From: a virus
DNA length: 64,000 bases
Strand: one strand, 5' to 3'
IMG/VR virus record: IMGVR_UViG_3300028840_006004
Location: 1-64,000 of that record
Shown here piece after piece: positions 29,901-35,900 of this stretch. Numbering within the stretch: the first letter of the stretch is position 1; every line of letters starts with the position of its first letter. The position numbers and the translations under genes are program-made. The notes beneath the pieces were generated by a model. That model did not search any database, was not told where the DNA came from, and saw only the letters and a list, made by a program, of their open reading frames with translations.

Positions 29901-32900
29901 CGCCAATAGTATTGGTTGTCAAATATTCGACATTAACCTTCTTGCTATCATCATCGCGAACAATAACTGGGTAATAAAAGCGTAAAGGCCGTGACCTTCC
30001 TGCAATCTTTGTTGTTGCGGTAAGATTTCCATTCTGATCAGCATAACGATTCTCAATCGCCTTAATAATATGCGGAACAGCTGCCTTGAGATTCAGGAGC
30101 CTTTGTTTATAGGTACCTCCTTTAACCTGAATATTTTTATAAGTTACCCCGCTTTTAGAGGTAACTTCTTTTGTTTTGAAAAAACGCTCAAGATTAGGAT
30201 CGGAAGCTATCATGGACGTAGCCATTTCTGAATTTGCATCCATCCATCTCGAGATTAACGATTCTCTTACAATACCATCCTGAGCACGTTTTGTTAACGC
30301 TTTAAATTCAGGATTATCTTCGATATCCTCATTCCACATTTCCTCTATTTCCTGGACCAAAGCATCATATTTTTTCAACTCTTGAGTAGCGCCGGTAAAG
30401 AAAGATTTAATCACATCGATATCGCTCTCATTCGATTTTGGTGCTCTTTTCATTGGAGCAGCATCAAATATTACATCCACAATATTACCATCTGGATCTT
30501 TGAAACTGATCAGGATATTAAACCTGCCTCCTCGTTTGTCCCTGCTATATTTCAACGGAGTAATAAATCCTTCATCATCGAGATCTTGAACTAAGCTAAA
30601 ACCATCATTTTGCATCTGTTCTAACAGACCGATAAAAGACATACGTTGCGCTCTGGAAGGCATCAGAAGATTTTTTTCAATCGTAACTTTCGTACCAGTA
30701 GTTCCCGGTGTTTGATTATTGTGAGCTTTATGAACCTGAACAAACTTGGCCACATTCATATCGATAGTATTCTCCAGTAATTCCTGGTTTTTAATTGACT
30801 TAGCAAAACTATCTTCCAAATATGCATAAACAGCTTGCTTTGCATCTTTAAATGGCATTCCTAACCATTTATTGAACTCAGGAACTTTAGACAGCCAGTT
30901 GTCAGAGAATTTTTTATCCTTATTATTAGGAACACGAGCCTCAGCCGGTGTATCGATACCAACGAAATCAAGGCCGAGCTCTTTCATTTGTTTTTTACTG
31001 ATACCAATTTCTTTTGCTACAAAATCTAATTGTTCTTCAGTAAAGCGTATTTCAAATACGTTATTATAGATCTCACCTTCATAGGACCTGGTGCTACGAT
31101 TTGGTACAGTATAAACTGCGCTTACACGATAAATCTTGTCCAGGACTGACATCTTAGCCGGAAGTTTAGTGATCGCATCCAGTGATTTTAATTTCAGATC
31201 GAACCATTTATTTTTCTTACGATTAAACATATTGGCACCTGAACCCATTTTCTTTTTCCACTCAGCCTCATTAAAATCAGGACTGGATTGTGGAGCAAGC
31301 ATGTGTGTAACATAGATCGTGCGATCTGTTTTATATTCAATTGCACTACGCTCACGAATAAGTTCCGGAGTTCCTTCGACAGGATTCCAGATATTATGTG
31401 TTAAATAACTTTGCGGAACTGTAATTATTTCTCCCGTTACCTGGTTTTCAAGATTAGCAATTAATCCGTTTTTATCAAGCAGAAGATCTCTAACAAAATA
31501 AGCTTCGCCCGTTTCTTTTTCTACAATAGGATCAGAGGTAAATATATCTACACCATCTCCAAGATGAGCAACATCGATTTTGCGTTTTAAGGCAAAGAGA
31601 ACGGTAGGATCCGCAATACGAAATTCAGTTCTTTTTAATCCAATTGCTTTGGCAACATCTTCAATAGGAACATCAGTTGATTCAACTTGATCAACAAAAT
31701 ATTCTGCTGGTAAATCACTTTTCTCAATTTCTATCCAGGATTTACTATCAGCGATATTAACGTTGTACACATTGTTAACAATCCATCCTTTTTCTTCAGC
31801 AATGAACCGGTAGGTGTGGGCCAATGCTTGACCGTACTTATTCAGTTCTCTCGGGTGGAGTGTATAAGTTCGTGTAAATATGTCTACGATAGGATTTCCA
31901 TTTTCATCATAACCGACAGTTTTGATCATATATGGACTTCCTTGAATATCCAGATCTTTTGGTTTAATATTTGGACGATGGACGCTGAATTCATTATAAC
32001 CCATAGTTTCTGCTACTTCTTGGGCAACAGCGATCATTCTACGCTTAAAACCATTAACCCTTCCGTTCCATCTTGCGGTTCCTTTACCCTGATTCTCTTT
32101 ATCAGCATCTTTCTCTTCCTTGTTCATTGGACGATACTTTCTGATTAAAGAATCGAGCAGGTTTTCAATTGATTCAACTTCATCTTCTTTCGCTATCACG
32201 CGCTGGAAAGCAACATCAAATATTGCTCGGCGTTCTTTAAGTTGTTTATTCTCGAGAATTTGGCTTTCAGTTTTTTCCTGCTTATCCTGTAACCATTGAG
32301 CAGCTATGTCAGAAGCGTGACGGAAACCGGGATATGTTTTTGTTTCAGTTGTTTTCTTGAATGCAGCTTCAGCATCATCAATATTATAACCACCATCTCC
32401 AAAATACATCTGCGAATCAACCTTATACAGGTCATCAAGTTTCGCTTTCTTTTTACCCTTACGTTTCTTTTTCTTCTTCTTTTTATCAGTGCCTTCTTCT
32501 TCGTCAGTAACTTCTTTTTCCTCAGTTCCAACGATTTCAAAATATGCAGCACGTTCCATTCGCTGTGCTGTTAAGCGGGCGAGCACATCCTCATCAGTTT
32601 CTATTGTTGTGGAATATCCACTGATAGGAGTATTGTCAGTAACTTTTCCTGAAATCTCAGGATTACCAAACATTTCAACATATTGTGAAGCGCGGGATAC
32701 AGCAGTAAGCATAATTGCTACAGCGTCACCTTCTCTGCCACCACTTTCAGGTAATGCAAAAAGACCGGCATCGCCTTCAAGCATTGAAGCCATATCAAAT
32801 GGAATGAATACCTGGTCAGCTTTCAATCCTGAAGCATTATACTTAAATCGTTTTGAATCCTGGCGGATCTTCTTAGCATCATATTCAAGAGTGAATATTT

Positions 32901-35900
32901 TATCTTTATGCATTCCAAGCCTGTCACCATACTTATCAATTAGCTGTTCCATATTTGCATAAGTAGGAACCAAAAGCATTTGTGTTTTACCGGTTTCATT
33001 TGCTTCAGCAAATTCAACTTGATCTAAAAAGTTTTGTACAATCTGATCAAGTCCCTCTGTCCTTTTAATATATCGAACACCGACATTACCATCAGGAGAT
33101 GTTTTCCATTTAGTTTCGGTAGTTCCGATAGCTTCATCAATTTGTTCAGTAGTTACTCCAAGAGCCCTGCGATATCCTTCCTGTAATGCACGGATATAAA
33201 TAATTCCTGTACGGAAAATCTGATTCAACGCATTTGTTTTCTCACCAAAATTATCAACAGGATATAATGCATGTGAGTTGTTTAAACTCTTTACCTGGCC
33301 TTCATCACCGAGAATAACTACACGTTTTTTATGTTCACGTTGCCATGATCTGAGTAAATTTCCTTCTTCTTTAGCATTTTCTTCAACTGGATCCGGAGCA
33401 GGAATGGTTGACCCTTCTTCATAAATAATGATATCAGCATCCTTATAAAGATCCTCATTATTTACCAGATCGTGTGCCGGGATAAAAACAGGATTAATTG
33501 TAGCTTCGGAACCTATTTCTGAAAGCCGTGTATTGATTTCTTCAACAGCATCACTATGAATTTTTTCTACTCCTTTTGTAGGAATAATGTAGAGTACATC
33601 AATAGCTTTGTTTTCCAGCGCTGCATAATATAACAAAGCATTCTTCGCTACCATTGCGCTTTTACCACTACCTGCATAACCACGTACAAATAGGGTATGA
33701 TCGATAAGCATTTCCCTGGTTCCTTCAGGATAGTTCCAGTCTTCTTTATCCTGGGACTGCATGAAAGCAACAACATCAACAATAGCATCCAGTTGCTCGA
33801 ATGTTTCCAGGTCGTCATTATTAGCTTTTGTAAGATTATTCAAGTTGAGCTTCTCAGCCTGAGCAAGCATCTGTCTTCTGGTATTGGTCTTTCCATTACC
33901 AAGTGAATTTGCTACTGATAAGAATTGGAAATAGCTAAAAGTATAGAGCGAATATTCATATTCTTCCTGTCTGAATTTTTGTTCCTGAATATATTCAGAA
34001 GCGCTTTTCTTTCCGCCTTCTTTTTTATAATCAGAGAAAGATTTCCATACAACTCTACCGTCATCATATTTTCTAACCGAAGCAAGTCCATCGTATGTCC
34101 CGGAAGACATATTGTATACAGGCTCATCGGCAATCTCGGTGCTTATGTAAGGAAGTTCATTATTGGAAGTTTTTTTAACATGCTCAATAAAACCACCAAG
34201 TTTACCCGAGAAAATCTCTTCGATGTCCATTAGCTCTTTATCAATTAAAGCAATAGCGGCTTTTACACTATTTTTTTCAGGAGATTTTCCATCTGACGTA
34301 TAAATGCTATTGTAATAGAGAGGGTATAATTGTTCCGGATAAACATGATCATTGTCAGCATTTTCAACATCAGAAGTGGTTTTGTACTTACTGATTGTCT
34401 TTTTTATGATTTCACTGATCTTTCTGCTTTTGTTGGTGACAGTAGCAATATCGTCCTTTGTGAGTTTATGTTTAATGTCATCGTTACCCGCATCGATAGC
34501 AACAGATCTCATGTGATGAAGCATCCTGGACTGGTTTCCAAGTTTAACTTTCACGCTTTCACGTTCAGTACTTGCTGACTCCAGCCGTTTATCCATCTTC
34601 CACGAATCATTGATCACTTTCTTGAACCGCTTAACGAATTCATCGATGAACTGACGTTCTTCTCCAAATGGATCCAATCGCCATTTTGAATTATCGTCTT
34701 GGTGATAAATCGAGTGCTCGTTGCCTTGACCTGAAGGTAATTTCTCAATATGATTCTGGGTAACATCTACCATTAATTCCATCATTGTGGTAATTGTATC
34801 CAGTAATTGATCAGCAATATCAAGTTTATTAATCCACTCTGCTCCATTGTCGATCGGGAGATTTGGATTTCCGAATACAATCTGAGCGTCATTGATGATA
34901 TCAGCAATGGAGGTTTCAGCTCCATTTGATAATGTGAATTTATTATTCAGCATTCCCAGTAAAAGTCCCAGCTTATATGTACCGATCTTTGCATCACGGA
35001 AAGCCTGCGATCTGCCATCCTCATCAATTTCAAATAGATCCTTGATAGTTTGAGGCGCATTACGAAGCATTTCTCTTAAATGTTCCTGCATAACAACTTC
35101 AGGCATCGCATCAATTGTACCCTCATATTTAGCCAGTATACCGGCATCACGCTTAGTATTGAATTGTTCGACATCAGCTACTCTCTGAGCAAGATCACCT
35201 TCATCTACAATATCATCACCTATTCCTGTTTCAACAGGTTTTCCTTCGATAACTTCAACTGCATTATCATAAATCAGATTCATTATTTCGACAGCTCTCT
35301 TACCCTGCTCAAGCGCACCGGTAAATACGCCAACAGCGGTTTCATCATAGAGCATCGCTTTTACATTGCCGAATACCTTAACAGCATTTTCGATATACTT
35401 ATTGATTTCAGTATTCAAACGCTGTCCCTTCTTAATCATTTGTCTGCCATATTCCCCTCTGGCAATAACTTCATTGATAGCATCCACTATCCCAAGACCA
35501 GTTTTCTTTGGAAATAATACTGCTGGTTTTCCTTCGCCTTCTTCAATTGTTGTTGCAACTTCACGACCAGCTGTTTCGGAAACACCTGCCTCTTCCTGAA
35601 TTCTAATTTCCTCTTCCCATTCTGCTATCTGAGCATCGAGCCCTTCATCCTTGCTTCCACGTTTTTTCCTGGCTTTCATATCAGCCAGTTCTTTACGTAA
35701 TACTGTCAATGGTTTTGCAACCTTAGCTGCAGCTTTTCCTTTTTTAGGAGGCTGTTCCAAGACTTCTTCAAAGTCAAATGTTTCACCCTCGATCCTTGCC
35801 ATTTCAGCAAGCGGTGACTGTAGGTCAAGATTTTCCAGATTACTTTCCTGCGCCCTGGAATTGTGAGCATCAATTACTGACTGAAGACCATTCGGTCCCC

